64,000 nucleotides of DNA from Candidatus Poseidoniales archaeon (GTDB lineage: Archaea; Thermoplasmatota; Poseidoniia; Poseidoniales; Poseidoniaceae), in assembly GCA_038150305.1 (NCBI GenBank), contig JAYOTG010000008.1, forward strand, positions 8,380-72,379. The letters run 5' to 3'. Positions 9,473-18,079 of the stretch are shown piece by piece. Each line of letters begins with the position of its first letter. Position 1 is the first letter of the stretch. Under the pieces are notes generated by a model that was not told the origin of the DNA, did no database searches, and was given only the letters and a program-made list of their open reading frames with translations. The position numbers were made by a program, and so were the translations under genes.

Positions 9473-11833
9473 ATGGAGAGCGGCTCTGACCCGTCCGTCT
9501 TTGAACACCGCCGGCTCTACAAACTCGGTCTGTTCACCCACGATCACGCGAAAATGGTCCTTGCTGTGGGCCTTCTGTTCACCCTCGGATTGGCCTCAAT
9601 GATGGTCTTCGTCGAACCGGACTGGGCCGAATCCTTCGGCGAAGGCGACTTGGAATCAAGCGAAGTCTTCCGCGCCCTCGGTGCTGATTTTGGTGACCCT
9701 GAAGCCGAAAACACCGAGACCTTCTACATCCTTGTCCACCATCCAAACAGCGCTCCCGGCGATGCCGCCACCGTCGCCACGGTGAACGATGTGCTCGCGG
9801 ATTTGGAGCAAGATGCCACGGTTCAGGTGGTTCGAGCGTGGGAGGTTGACGAAGCCAACCAAAGCGCCCATGTTTCCGACGATGGGGCATGGTCGCGATC
9901 CTCCGTGCAGATCACCCAGGGTAGAAGCGAAGCCAAGGCCCTGCTCAAAGAACACTGGAAGGACATGGAGCAGGCGATTCACGACGCAGGCATGCACCTC
10001 GAAGACGAGGGCGACGTGACGGTGTACATTGCTGGACCCCTGGCCACCGACGCGACCTTCGACCTGCGCCTCAAGGACGACCTGATCAAGGCTGAACTCG
10101 GATCAGGCCCCCTGGTGGCCGCTGTGCTGCTCATCGTCTTCGGCTCCCTCGTCGCAGCAGCGCTGCCGCTGGGCATCGGTGTGCTCACCGTCGTCAGTGC
10201 CTTTGGCGTCACCATCTGGTTGTCCACCCTCGACGGTGCGAACGTCAACAACTTCGCTGGCAACATCATCACGCTCCTTGGACTGGGCGTCTCCATTGAT
10301 TATTCCCTCTTCGTGGTCTACCGCTACCGCGAGGAGCAGGCCAACGGTCACGACATCCGCACGGCTCTGGCCGTGACCTCCGCGACCGCGGGGCGCGCTG
10401 TGTTTTACTCCGGCATCACCGTGGCGATCGGCCTGACCGGGCTGCTTTTCTTCGAGAACACGGGCGCGCCATCGCTGGGCATCGGGGGCACGCTCGCCGT
10501 CACCTTGGCCATGCTCACCTCCGTCATCATGCTGCCCGCATTCTTGGCCGTGCTCGGGGACAACATCGACCGCTTCCGCGTGCCCTTTGGGATGAACCAG
10601 ACCGTCTCTGAAGACGGGTTTTGGGCATGGATCGCCAACGCCGTCATGGCCAAGCCCGTTGCCGTGCTCGTGCCCATCCTCATCCTTCTGCTCGGTGCCG
10701 GTGCGCCCTTCCTCAACGCGGAGTGGGGCGTCACCAGCATCCGCTCCTTGCCACCGGACGACATGTCGCGCAACGGACTTGAGGAGATGGAGGTCATCTG
10801 GGCTGGGGCCTCCGACAAATCGCTCTTCTTGCACTACGAAGCCGAAGGCCACCCCCTCGACGAAGAGCATCTCCGCCACGTTCACGCCCTGAGCGCGAGT
10901 TTGCTCGAGCGCGACGACGTCGAACACGTGTTCGCTCCAGGGTTCTTTGAGCCAAACATGAGCGCGGACGACGTGGTGCAGTTCTGGAACGCGCCCGCAG
11001 AGTTCCTCAGCCCAGAACAAGCAGGGCAGCGCGAAGCCCTGCGTGCTGGATTCATCAGCGCCGACAACGCGTCCACCTTCATCCAACTGACCTTGGTGGA
11101 CGATTGGAACAGCCCAGAGGCCCTCGAAGCCGTTCGCGATCTTCGCGAGCTCCGCGACGAGGGGGCCTGGAACGCGTTCAACGGTGCGGTTCCGCTGGTT
11201 GGTGGACTCGCGGCCTACAACCTGGACGTGGTGGATGCCGTCGCGGAGAACCTGCCGATTTCAATGACCTACATCTTCCTGGCCACGTGCCTGATCCTCT
11301 TCGTGCAGGTCCGCTCGGTTGTCATCCCGCTGAAGGCCGTGGTGATGAACATCCTGAGCGTGACGGCCACCTTTGGCATGCTGGTCTTCATCTTCCAAGA
11401 AGGCGGGATGGGGCTCGACCAGCTCATGAATTTCACACCGGAACCGATCGACCCAACCACGCCGGTGATGCTGTTCTGCATCGTGTTCGGTCTCTCGATG
11501 GACTATGAGGTTCTGATGCTGTCCCGCATTCACGAGGAATGGGAGCGCACCGGCGACAACACGCTGGCCGTGGCCAATGGCCTCCAGAAGACGGGGCGGC
11601 TTATCACCGCGGCTGCGGCCATCATGGTCCTGGTGTTCAGCGCGCAAATCTTCGCTTCGGTGGCCATCATCAAGATGTTCGGTCTGGGACTTGCTCTGGC
11701 CATCTTCGTTGACGCGACCTTGGTCCGAGCGCTGGTGGTCCCTGCCACGATGCGCTTGATGGGCCCGCTCAACTGGTGGTCGCCAAAGTGGATGGGCGGC
11801 GGGTCCACCCCGAACCTCGACGAGGAAGCGTGA
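9473..11833 (+). CDS. MMPL/RND-superfamily membrane transporter (SSD-type exporter)
   Basis: This is a 786-aa ORF with two blocks of about 6 TM helices, each followed by a large loop. The 'SIDYSLFVVYRYREE' and 'GLSMDYEVLMLSRIHEE' motifs are characteristic of MMPL-domain transporters. Confidence 0.8.
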   Translation: MESGSDPSVFEHRRLYKLGLFTHDHAKMVLAVGLLFTLGLASMMVFVEPDWAESFGEGDLESSEVFRALGADFGDPEAENTETFYILVHHPNSAPGDAATVATVNDVLADLEQDATVQVVRAWEVDEANQSAHVSDDGAWSRSSVQITQGRSEAKALLKEHWKDMEQAIHDAGMHLEDEGDVTVYIAGPLATDATFDLRLKDDLIKAELGSGPLVAAVLLIVFGSLVAAALPLGIGVLTVVSAFGVTIWLSTLDGANVNNFAGNIITLLGLGVSIDYSLFVVYRYREEQANGHDIRTALAVTSATAGRAVFYSGITVAIGLTGLLFFENTGAPSLGIGGTLAVTLAMLTSVIMLPAFLAVLGDNIDRFRVPFGMNQTVSEDGFWAWIANAVMAKPVAVLVPILILLLGAGAPFLNAEWGVTSIRSLPPDDMSRNGLEEMEVIWAGASDKSLFLHYEAEGHPLDEEHLRHVHALSASLLERDDVEHVFAPGFFEPNMSADDVVQFWNAPAEFLSPEQAGQREALRAGFISADNASTFIQLTLVDDWNSPEALEAVRDLRELRDEGAWNAFNGAVPLVGGLAAYNLDVVDAVAENLPISMTYIFLATCLILFVQVRSVVIPLKAVVMNILSVTATFGMLVFIFQEGGMGLDQLMNFTPEPIDPTTPVMLFCIVFGLSMDYEVLMLSRIHEEWERTGDNTLAVANGLQKTGRLITAAAAIMVLVFSAQIFASVAIIKMFGLGLALAIFVDATLVRALVVPATMRLMGPLNWWSPKWMGGGSTPNLDEEA

Positions 11834-12841
11834 TCACGCCAACTCGGGCAACCTTGCCCACAGGGCGAGCCACTGAGCCAGATTCCTCTCCACGTCTTCC
11901 GCCTCGACGGGTCGGTCTTCTGCAACCCCTGTCGCGTCGATGGCCTGAATCCTGCACCCACAGGCGTTGGCGTGACCGCCACCCGTTTCATCGAGCAGCG
12001 TGGCCAGCCGAGACAGGTCCACCCGCCGGCGGCCTTCGAAAAAGGAATTCGCGTAGAAACTCGCCGACAAGGGCGGCCGATCGTCGCGTTCCACGGCGCC
12101 GTCCACGTGACCATGGATGACGCAGCACGCATCTGCATCCGCGCCAACGTGAGCGGTCACCAGGTAACCGCTCGCACGTTGAGGCAGCCCTTCCATCCTG
12201 CAAATGGCCAAGCGATCGACCACGGTGGTCCGTGCGTGAACGGCCTCGAACGCAGCCTGCCGGTCTTGAGCGGCTGCCGCCAAACGCGTGGCCACTTCGG
12301 AATCCTCGACAAGCGCCGTCTCGTCCGCACCCGCCACAAGCAAGCCCAGGACATGGTGCATGAAGTCAGCCTGCGAGGTGCCAAGGCACCGTGCAAGCCG
12401 CACCAGCGGCCCATCGGCCAGGAACACATCGCGCTCGATGCCCCCTGAATCGATGGCGTCCACAAAGGGCATCAGGTTCGCCAGATGCTGAAGATCGCTG
12501 AACGGAGCCACGAGGTTGTGGGCCACTCGGGCTGCGGATGGCTCCGCGGCCCAATCCAACCGTCCACCGGCCGATTCGAAGGCAGCAGCAGCGTCCTCGT
12601 TTGGACGGTTGGTCAAGTGGTGGTCGACGTACCACCCGCATGCGGGGTGAAAGGGCAAATCGACGATAACGGTCCCTCGGTCAATGACGTCGTCAAGATG
12701 CCCGCTTCGCACGAGCGCGGGGTGGGCGAACACCACTTCCGTCTCGGGAAGGGCACGTTGGAGGATGGCGGCGGCGCAGAGCCCGTCGAGGTCCGCATCC
12801 GCAACGATGCGATGAACCTCAGGGAATGGGCCCGATTCCAT
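11834..12841 (-). CDS. DHH-family phosphoesterase (NrnA/RecJ-like nanoRNase-type)
   Basis: DHH motifs are present: 'IVADADLDG' (DxD), 'YVDHHLTN' (DHH) and 'GGGHANACG' (GGGH). The start is chosen at MESGPF. The track ORF extends to 12934. Confidence 0.75.
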   Translation of the reverse strand: MESGPFPEVHRIVADADLDGLCAAAILQRALPETEVVFAHPALVRSGHLDDVIDRGTVIVDLPFHPACGWYVDHHLTNRPNEDAAAAFESAGGRLDWAAEPSAARVAHNLVAPFSDLQHLANLMPFVDAIDSGGIERDVFLADGPLVRLARCLGTSQADFMHHVLGLLVAGADETALVEDSEVATRLAAAAQDRQAAFEAVHARTTVVDRLAICRMEGLPQRASGYLVTAHVGADADACCVIHGHVDGAVERDDRPPLSASFYANSFFEGRRRVDLSRLATLLDETGGGHANACGCRIQAIDATGVAEDRPVEAEDVERNLAQWLALWARLPELA

Positions 12842-12921
12842 GCTCGACCCCGGTGGCCGGGAGGCCATCAACGTGCCGCGAGGGCAGCAAAGGCCATCAG
12901 GGCCTCGTGGGTGGATGCTGC

Positions 12922-13332
12922 ATGGAGACTTCATGCGGCGTGGTGTTGGTGAACCTGGGCGCCGTCCTGCTCCTCCAGTACCCGCAGGGGCACTGGGATT
13001 TCCCGAAGGGCCACGTCGAAGCCAGCGATGCTGGACACAAGGGCACCGTGCGACGCGAACTCAAGGAGGAAACTGGAATCCTCGACATCAGCTTCGTGGA
13101 GGGATTCCAGGAGCGCACCACCTACAGCTACACCCACAAGGGTCGTCTGATTGAGAAAGAGGTGCACTGGTACTTGGCCGAAACCGAGACGCTGGACGTG
13201 ATGTTGTCCCACGAGCACCGAGGTCATCTCTGGCTTGACTGGGACGCCGCTGCGGCTCAGTTGACCCACGAGGCTGGCCTTGGGGTGCTGCTGTCCGCTA
13301 AAGCACACATGCAGCGCCTTGGCCGGGATTGA
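12922..13332 (+). CDS. Nudix hydrolase (Ap4A-hydrolase-like)
   Basis: The Nudix box 'GHWDFPKGHVEASDAGHKGTVRRELKEETGI' matches GX5EX7REUXEEXGU. The start is chosen at METSCGVVLV. Confidence 0.75.
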   Translation: METSCGVVLVNLGAVLLLQYPQGHWDFPKGHVEASDAGHKGTVRRELKEETGILDISFVEGFQERTTYSYTHKGRLIEKEVHWYLAETETLDVMLSHEHRGHLWLDWDAAAAQLTHEAGLGVLLSAKAHMQRLGRD

Positions 13333-14031
13333 TCACACGTCGGCGACGTCGTCGTCGTGCTGGCGCTGCAAGCGAAGCATGCCACCGATGCCGTCCTCGG
13401 GTCCGCGATGCCCCAGGGGTTTCCACAGGACTTCGTCTTCACCAAGACGCAGTGCGCACCAGCGGCCCATCACAAAACACCAGTCGGACAGGCGGTTGAC
13501 GTACACCAGAGCAAGGTTGCGCACAGCGTCGTCGCCCTCGGCTTCACGAAGGCTCACCATGGCGCGTTCAAGCCGCCTGATCGTGACCCGAGCAAGATGG
13601 AAATTGGCGAGGAGCGTGGAGCCACCAGGCAGGATGAAACTGGTCAAGGGAGGGAGTTCGACCAGCATCTCGTCCATCTCTTCGAGCAAAAGGTCGGCGT
13701 GCTCTTGGCCGAGGACCTGCATGCCCTCTGGAAGGCCACCTGGAGGTGTTGCCACCTCAGCGCCAAGGTCGAAGACCTCGCTCTGAAGGCGGTCCAACGC
13801 GGCCAGCACCACCTGCCCTGTTCGGCGAACGTTGGAGCGCGGGCCGCCGTCGTCGTGCCATCCATCAAGGGACAAGGTGGCCGCACGAACCGCTCCAAGC
13901 GCGGCGTTCACCTCGTCGCAAAGCCCCACCGCCTGCAAACGAAGATCGGCTTTGGACCGACGGCTGCCGTCCACCAATCCTGTGGTGCCGTCGTCCCCAG
14001 TCCCGGTGTGGACGCGGGTGATGCGGACCAT
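13333..14031 (-). CDS. ATP:cob(I)alamin adenosyltransferase, PduO/MMAB type
   Basis: The N-terminus 'MVRITRVHTGTGDDGTTGL' is the hallmark start of PduO-type adenosyltransferases. The ORF is 232 aa. Confidence 0.85.
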   Translation of the reverse strand: MVRITRVHTGTGDDGTTGLVDGSRRSKADLRLQAVGLCDEVNAALGAVRAATLSLDGWHDDGGPRSNVRRTGQVVLAALDRLQSEVFDLGAEVATPPGGLPEGMQVLGQEHADLLLEEMDEMLVELPPLTSFILPGGSTLLANFHLARVTIRRLERAMVSLREAEGDDAVRNLALVYVNRLSDWCFVMGRWCALRLGEDEVLWKPLGHRGPEDGIGGMLRLQRQHDDDVADV

Positions 14032-14044
14032 GTGGCCTCCTCGC

Positions 14045-14515
14045 TCAAGCCTCTATCAAGGGTTTGCGCGCACCAAAGCCCTCTGAGACATCATGGTACC
14101 ACTCGATGTCCTCCTCGCCTTCCTGCCACCCAAAGGCCACCACGCGCGCATCCACGACACCGAACCATTGCAATCGACCCGGTTCAAGGCTGACCACATG
14201 GGTGCCCTGGGATTCCATGTCTGAAACGACCTCCTGCCATTCGCCAATCGTCATCGCCGTCAGGTCAGCAATCTCCGTGACGGCAGGATGCTCGGGAGGG
14301 ACGCCGTCAAGCAGATGCTCGATTTCCTCCGCCAAGGCATTCACTTCGTCGTGCAAAGCCTGCAAGATGGCGAGGCTTCGACGGTGCTTGGGCAGCAAGT
14401 TCCTCGCCTCTTCGATCGAGACCAGGAAGGCGTTCCTCGGCATGCCCTCCGCCACATGGCACGCCGTTGTCGGGGACATTGGTCTGCCCGCAAAGGTGCC
14501 TTCATCGATGTTCAT
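14045..14515 (-). CDS. Hypothetical cytoplasmic protein
   Basis: This 156-aa ORF is protein-like in composition, with no recognisable motif. Confidence 0.45.
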   Translation of the reverse strand: MNIDEGTFAGRPMSPTTACHVAEGMPRNAFLVSIEEARNLLPKHRRSLAILQALHDEVNALAEEIEHLLDGVPPEHPAVTEIADLTAMTIGEWQEVVSDMESQGTHVVSLEPGRLQWFGVVDARVVAFGWQEGEEDIEWYHDVSEGFGARKPLIEA

Positions 14516-14542
14516 GTGGACTCAAAATCCACCGAGGGCCCT

Positions 14543-14851
14543 TCAAGCCATCGTGGCTTCAGCGGTTCGTGCACTCGTTTTGCCGCGGTTGAGGCGGCCC
14601 ACGCCACGGTGAAGCAACCAACCGGCACCCGCAACCCACAGCAGCCCCTCGAGGACAAGGAGTGGGACGTACAACGGCCCGAGTCCCTTGAGCATCGTTT
14701 GAGCGTCATACGGCAAACCGTACCGGCCCATGTACAGCGATTGGGACAACAGGTTGGCACAAAACCACGCCAAAAGGACCATCCACACCCAACGTCCGGC
14801 GGAGGGGTTCGGTTTCATGTCATGAAATCGACGTGCTCGGATATAAGGCAC
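14543..14851 (-). CDS. Small membrane protein (2 TM)
   Basis: This is a 102-aa ORF with two hydrophobic helices (WVWMVLLAWFCANLL and PLLVLEGLLWVAGAGWLL). Confidence 0.4.
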   Translation of the reverse strand: MPYIRARRFHDMKPNPSAGRWVWMVLLAWFCANLLSQSLYMGRYGLPYDAQTMLKGLGPLYVPLLVLEGLLWVAGAGWLLHRGVGRLNRGKTSARTAEATMA

Positions 14852-14863
14852 TGTATTCGATGC

Positions 14864-15658
14864 TCATGCTTCCTCGTGCTTTGGCCACCGATCGGCGGCA
14901 TCCGGCACCACGCGAAGGATGGCCTCTTCCACCGCCTCAATCCATGCTTCGGCCACGGCCGCTTCACCGCCGGAGGACCGGAGCGATGCATCCCAAGCGC
15001 TGGCTTCGTCCGCGTTTCCGAGGGCGGTGTGAATCCGATGGAGGGCGAGATACGCCATTGGGTTGAGGTGAGGTTCGTCCGTGGCCCAGCCTCGCTCAAA
15101 GCACGCGATGGCCCCACGCTCACCAGACAGGGCCCCTCGTTGCAGGGCCACCATCCCGGCTTGGCTCCACGCCAGCGGCAACTTCCCGATCAGCAGGCCA
15201 CGAAACACGAGGTAGGTTTGGCCCACACCAAGCAAGACCAAGGCGAAGAAATCCACCCACTGCTCGATGGCCGTCAGGGTTGACCACGTCCGGGCCATTA
15301 GGCCACCGATGCCGACACACAGCAGAAAACCGGAGAGAGGAGCCACGATGACGTCCCGACGGGTGCGAACGATGTGCGTCAATCCCGCGAGCACCCCGAA
15401 GGCTCCCAACACGCACAGCACCGCCAGCAGCCCGTCGACACCAAGGGGCCGTGGTGCGGCGGTGCCCATCGCCAACAGCGCGCCAACCACCAGCAAGGTG
15501 GAGCCGTAGCGGAAGGAAGGTTCTGGGAAGGGCTGTTGGCGCGACAAGCGAACCAACACGACGCCGATCAAGACCAGGAGCCCCAAGAGGAGCCACACCA
15601 AGGTCGCGTCGTCGGAAAAGGGCCCCACAAGCGATGGCGGGGGGGCGTTGGCTTTCAA
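14864..15658 (-). CDS. Polytopic membrane protein with a soluble C-terminal helical (TPR-like) domain
   Basis: This is a 264-aa ORF with about 5 TM segments followed by '[25 protein letters not shown]...'. Confidence 0.5.
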   Translation of the reverse strand: MKANAPPPSLVGPFSDDATLVWLLLGLLVLIGVVLVRLSRQQPFPEPSFRYGSTLLVVGALLAMGTAAPRPLGVDGLLAVLCVLGAFGVLAGLTHIVRTRRDVIVAPLSGFLLCVGIGGLMARTWSTLTAIEQWVDFFALVLLGVGQTYLVFRGLLIGKLPLAWSQAGMVALQRGALSGERGAIACFERGWATDEPHLNPMAYLALHRIHTALGNADEASAWDASLRSSGGEAAVAEAWIEAVEEAILRVVPDAADRWPKHEEA

Positions 15659-16104
15659 GTCCGTTCTTCGCCCTGCGGCCGGCCACGGTGGTAGGCGGTG
15701 CCGCGGTGGATTTCCGTGGCCCGGTAGAGCTGTTCGAGGAGCACCACGCTCGCCAACTCATGGGGCATGGTGAGGGGTGAAAGCGAGAGACGAGCCGTGT
15801 TTGGCTCCGCGCCATTCCAGCCGTCGGGAGGTCCGAGCATGAGGTGAACGTCCTCACTGGCCAAGGTCCATTGACGCACGGTTTCCGCGAAGGCAAGGCT
15901 GTCCGGGGCGTCCCCACCCTCGTCGAGCAGCACCCGCGTGGTGCCTTGGGGAGGCGCGGTCAAGTACACCTCGAGGGAGGTTTTCGACGGATGGACCTCG
16001 AGGCGGACGCCGCGCTGACGAAGGCGGGTGGCGTACACCTCAACGGCGGCAGCCATGGAACGCTCCTTTGGCCGGCCGTGCAGGTGGACGATGATGCGCC
16101 CCAT
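15655..16104 (-). CDS. rlmH: SPOUT-family rRNA methyltransferase, RlmH-like (DUF163)
   Basis: The sequence reads '[15 protein letters not shown]...[11 protein letters not shown]...[16 protein letters not shown]...[10 protein letters not shown]...[24 protein letters not shown]', which is the RlmH pattern. The start is chosen at MGRII, inside track ORF 15655..16227. Confidence 0.7.
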   Translation of the reverse strand: MGRIIVHLHGRPKERSMAAAVEVYATRLRQRGVRLEVHPSKTSLEVYLTAPPQGTTRVLLDEGGDAPDSLAFAETVRQWTLASEDVHLMLGPPDGWNGAEPNTARLSLSPLTMPHELASVVLLEQLYRATEIHRGTAYHRGRPQGEERT

Positions 16105-16109
16105 GGACC

Positions 16110-16514
16110 GTGCAGGAGGCACCTGTGCATGGGTTCTTCGCTGAACAACCTCAAAGGAGGTCGAGCCGAAGACGAGGCATGGGGTGGCGATTTCCTTGGA
16201 GCCGTCGCGCTTCAAACCCGGATCCAAACCCGCCCCTTCGTCGGGACACGCGGGCGTGGCTCGCGGCCTTGCAGGAGGTCTGCGAGCGTCATTTCGACCA
16301 GCCCCAAGCCGGGCGGATGCGGGTCAGGGAACTCCAAGTTGAATGGCGTGAAGCCAAGACCGAGGGAGTGTTGGACGACGCCGGCCACCTCGGCCTTGAG
16401 CGCCGAGCCTACCGTTTGCTCAACGGCGACGATGAGGCGTGGTTGAGGTGGTTGGACGATTTGGGCTTCTGGAAGCCGGGCTGGAATCCTGACGAGGGCG
16501 ATGAACAGGCTTGA
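16110..16514 (+). CDS. Hypothetical small protein (start uncertain)
   Basis: The C-terminal half of this ORF is protein-like (…[47 protein letters not shown]…). The N-terminal part looks like GC noise. This is a weak call. Confidence 0.25.
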   Translation: MQEAPVHGFFAEQPQRRSSRRRGMGWRFPWSRRASNPDPNPPLRRDTRAWLAALQEVCERHFDQPQAGRMRVRELQVEWREAKTEGVLDDAGHLGLERRAYRLLNGDDEAWLRWLDDLGFWKPGWNPDEGDEQA

Positions 16515-17238
16515 TAGCACGCCGGCATCAGCCAAATCCATGGGTGAGCGTGCTGCGCTTCACATGCTGTACTCCTGCCCGTTCTGCTGGAAGGTCCGCG
16601 GCCTGATTGAACACCTCGACATGGACGTCGATTACGTCCCGGTCAACGGCATGAAAATCCGCAAGGAGGTGGCCTTCGCCGGCGACTGGGGCAAGGTCCC
16701 GGTCTTCACCGACGAAAACGGTCACCACGTCGTTGACTCCACGCCCCTCCTGCGCCACCTTGACGCCACCTACAACGAGGGTAAACTGGCTGCCCGTGGC
16801 GATGCTGCCCGTCAGGACGAATGGATGACTTGGGTGGACACGCACATGAAGAACGCCACGGTTCCCATCCTCTACGGGAGCCTCGGCTCCGCCCTGAAGA
16901 CGACCACACGCATCTCGAAGATTGAGAAATTCGGATTCTTCGCCAAGCGCCTGTACGCGTGGGCCGGCTTCCCCATCATGTGGGGCATCATCGCCCGAAA
17001 ACGGGTCAAGAAAGACGGGCGCACGCCAAAGAAACTCTGGCATGACCTGTTGAGTGAATTCACCGGCGCGTTTGAGGGTCAACCCTTCTTTGGCGGCGAC
17101 CATCCTGACTTGGTGGACTTCGCCGCCTTCGGCTACATGCGATCGATTTCCCCCTTCCCGCAGTTCGATCAACTCCAAGATCACGCGGCCGGGATGGCCT
17201 GGTACAACGGCATGAACGGCACGCTTCATGGGGCGTGA
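16501..17238 (+). CDS. Glutaredoxin-2-like / GST-fold protein
   Basis: The motif 'LYSCPFCWKVRGL' is a CPxC glutaredoxin motif in an N-terminal thioredoxin fold, followed by a helical GST-C-like domain. The ORF is 245 aa. Confidence 0.7.
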   Translation: MNRLDSTPASAKSMGERAALHMLYSCPFCWKVRGLIEHLDMDVDYVPVNGMKIRKEVAFAGDWGKVPVFTDENGHHVVDSTPLLRHLDATYNEGKLAARGDAARQDEWMTWVDTHMKNATVPILYGSLGSALKTTTRISKIEKFGFFAKRLYAWAGFPIMWGIIARKRVKKDGRTPKKLWHDLLSEFTGAFEGQPFFGGDHPDLVDFAAFGYMRSISPFPQFDQLQDHAAGMAWYNGMNGTLHGA

Positions 17239-18079
17239 AGGCGTGAACGTCGGCCCGCTGACCTTCGTTGAAGTGGAGGCGGGCACAACCCACGTGGGGG
17301 ACAACCGCGGAGGGTGGATCCACGCCAGCCAGCGGCCAAGGCACGAGGTACGCCTCCCCGCCTTCTACATCCTCGAATCGCCACTGTTGACGAACGAGGT
17401 CGCAGCGCTGCTCGGTCGTGAAGAACCGGGGCAGAACGACGTCCATGAAGGCGTTGACGCCGCGCTGCTCCAGCGCATTTGTGCGGCCCTTCGACCCCTC
17501 GTCGATCAAGGTCTCGAAGTTCGACCTCCGAGTTTGGCGGAGTGGACCCATGCCCGAGAAAACGGGAGGCTCACGCCCCAACAGGGCGCGCTCGAAGTCC
17601 TGGCAGACGCTCCCTTCTCCAACCACCGAGGCGCCCCAATGGACGGTCGCCCAAGGGAAGGGTCTGGCCATGGCCCCCTGATGGATCAATTGGCCTGCAT
17701 CGAAGTCCACCCTCAGAAAACAGGGGTCACGGCGACCGCCTCGGTGCCCATGGACCGGCGCCTGCCCGGCACCGTGCTCCGGCTGGTGCTGAGCCCAACA
17801 CGCACCTTGCCCACGCGTACCGTGCCCAAGCAAGCCGACCTCGCGGCCAACCTTCGCATCGAGGTGCTCAGCACCTTGCTCATCGGTGTGGTTCCGTCCT
17901 TCCTGATCCCCGTCGTGCGGGGCTTCGGCAGCTACGCGCTGGAAGGATGGGCGAACCTTCTGTTTGGGGGGCTGGTCGCCGGATTCGTCACGGGAGCCGT
18001 GTGGCGACCGCGACGACCGACCGTTGCTTGGGACGACGGCGAAATTCAGTCCGACGTGGACCGCAGCGTTTCCCAGTAG
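17228..18079 (+). CDS. FGE-sulfatase (SUMF1/EgtB-like) domain protein with a C-terminal membrane anchor
   Basis: The stretch 'VGPLTFVEVEAGTTHVGDNRGGWIHASQRPRHEVRLPAFYILESPLLTNEVA' resembles the N-terminal half of the FGE-sulfatase domain. The C-terminus has two hydrophobic helices. This is a moderate-confidence call. Confidence 0.45.
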   Translation: MGREGVNVGPLTFVEVEAGTTHVGDNRGGWIHASQRPRHEVRLPAFYILESPLLTNEVAALLGREEPGQNDVHEGVDAALLQRICAALRPLVDQGLEVRPPSLAEWTHARENGRLTPQQGALEVLADAPFSNHRGAPMDGRPREGSGHGPLMDQLACIEVHPQKTGVTATASVPMDRRLPGTVLRLVLSPTRTLPTRTVPKQADLAANLRIEVLSTLLIGVVPSFLIPVVRGFGSYALEGWANLLFGGLVAGFVTGAVWRPRRPTVAWDDGEIQSDVDRSVSQ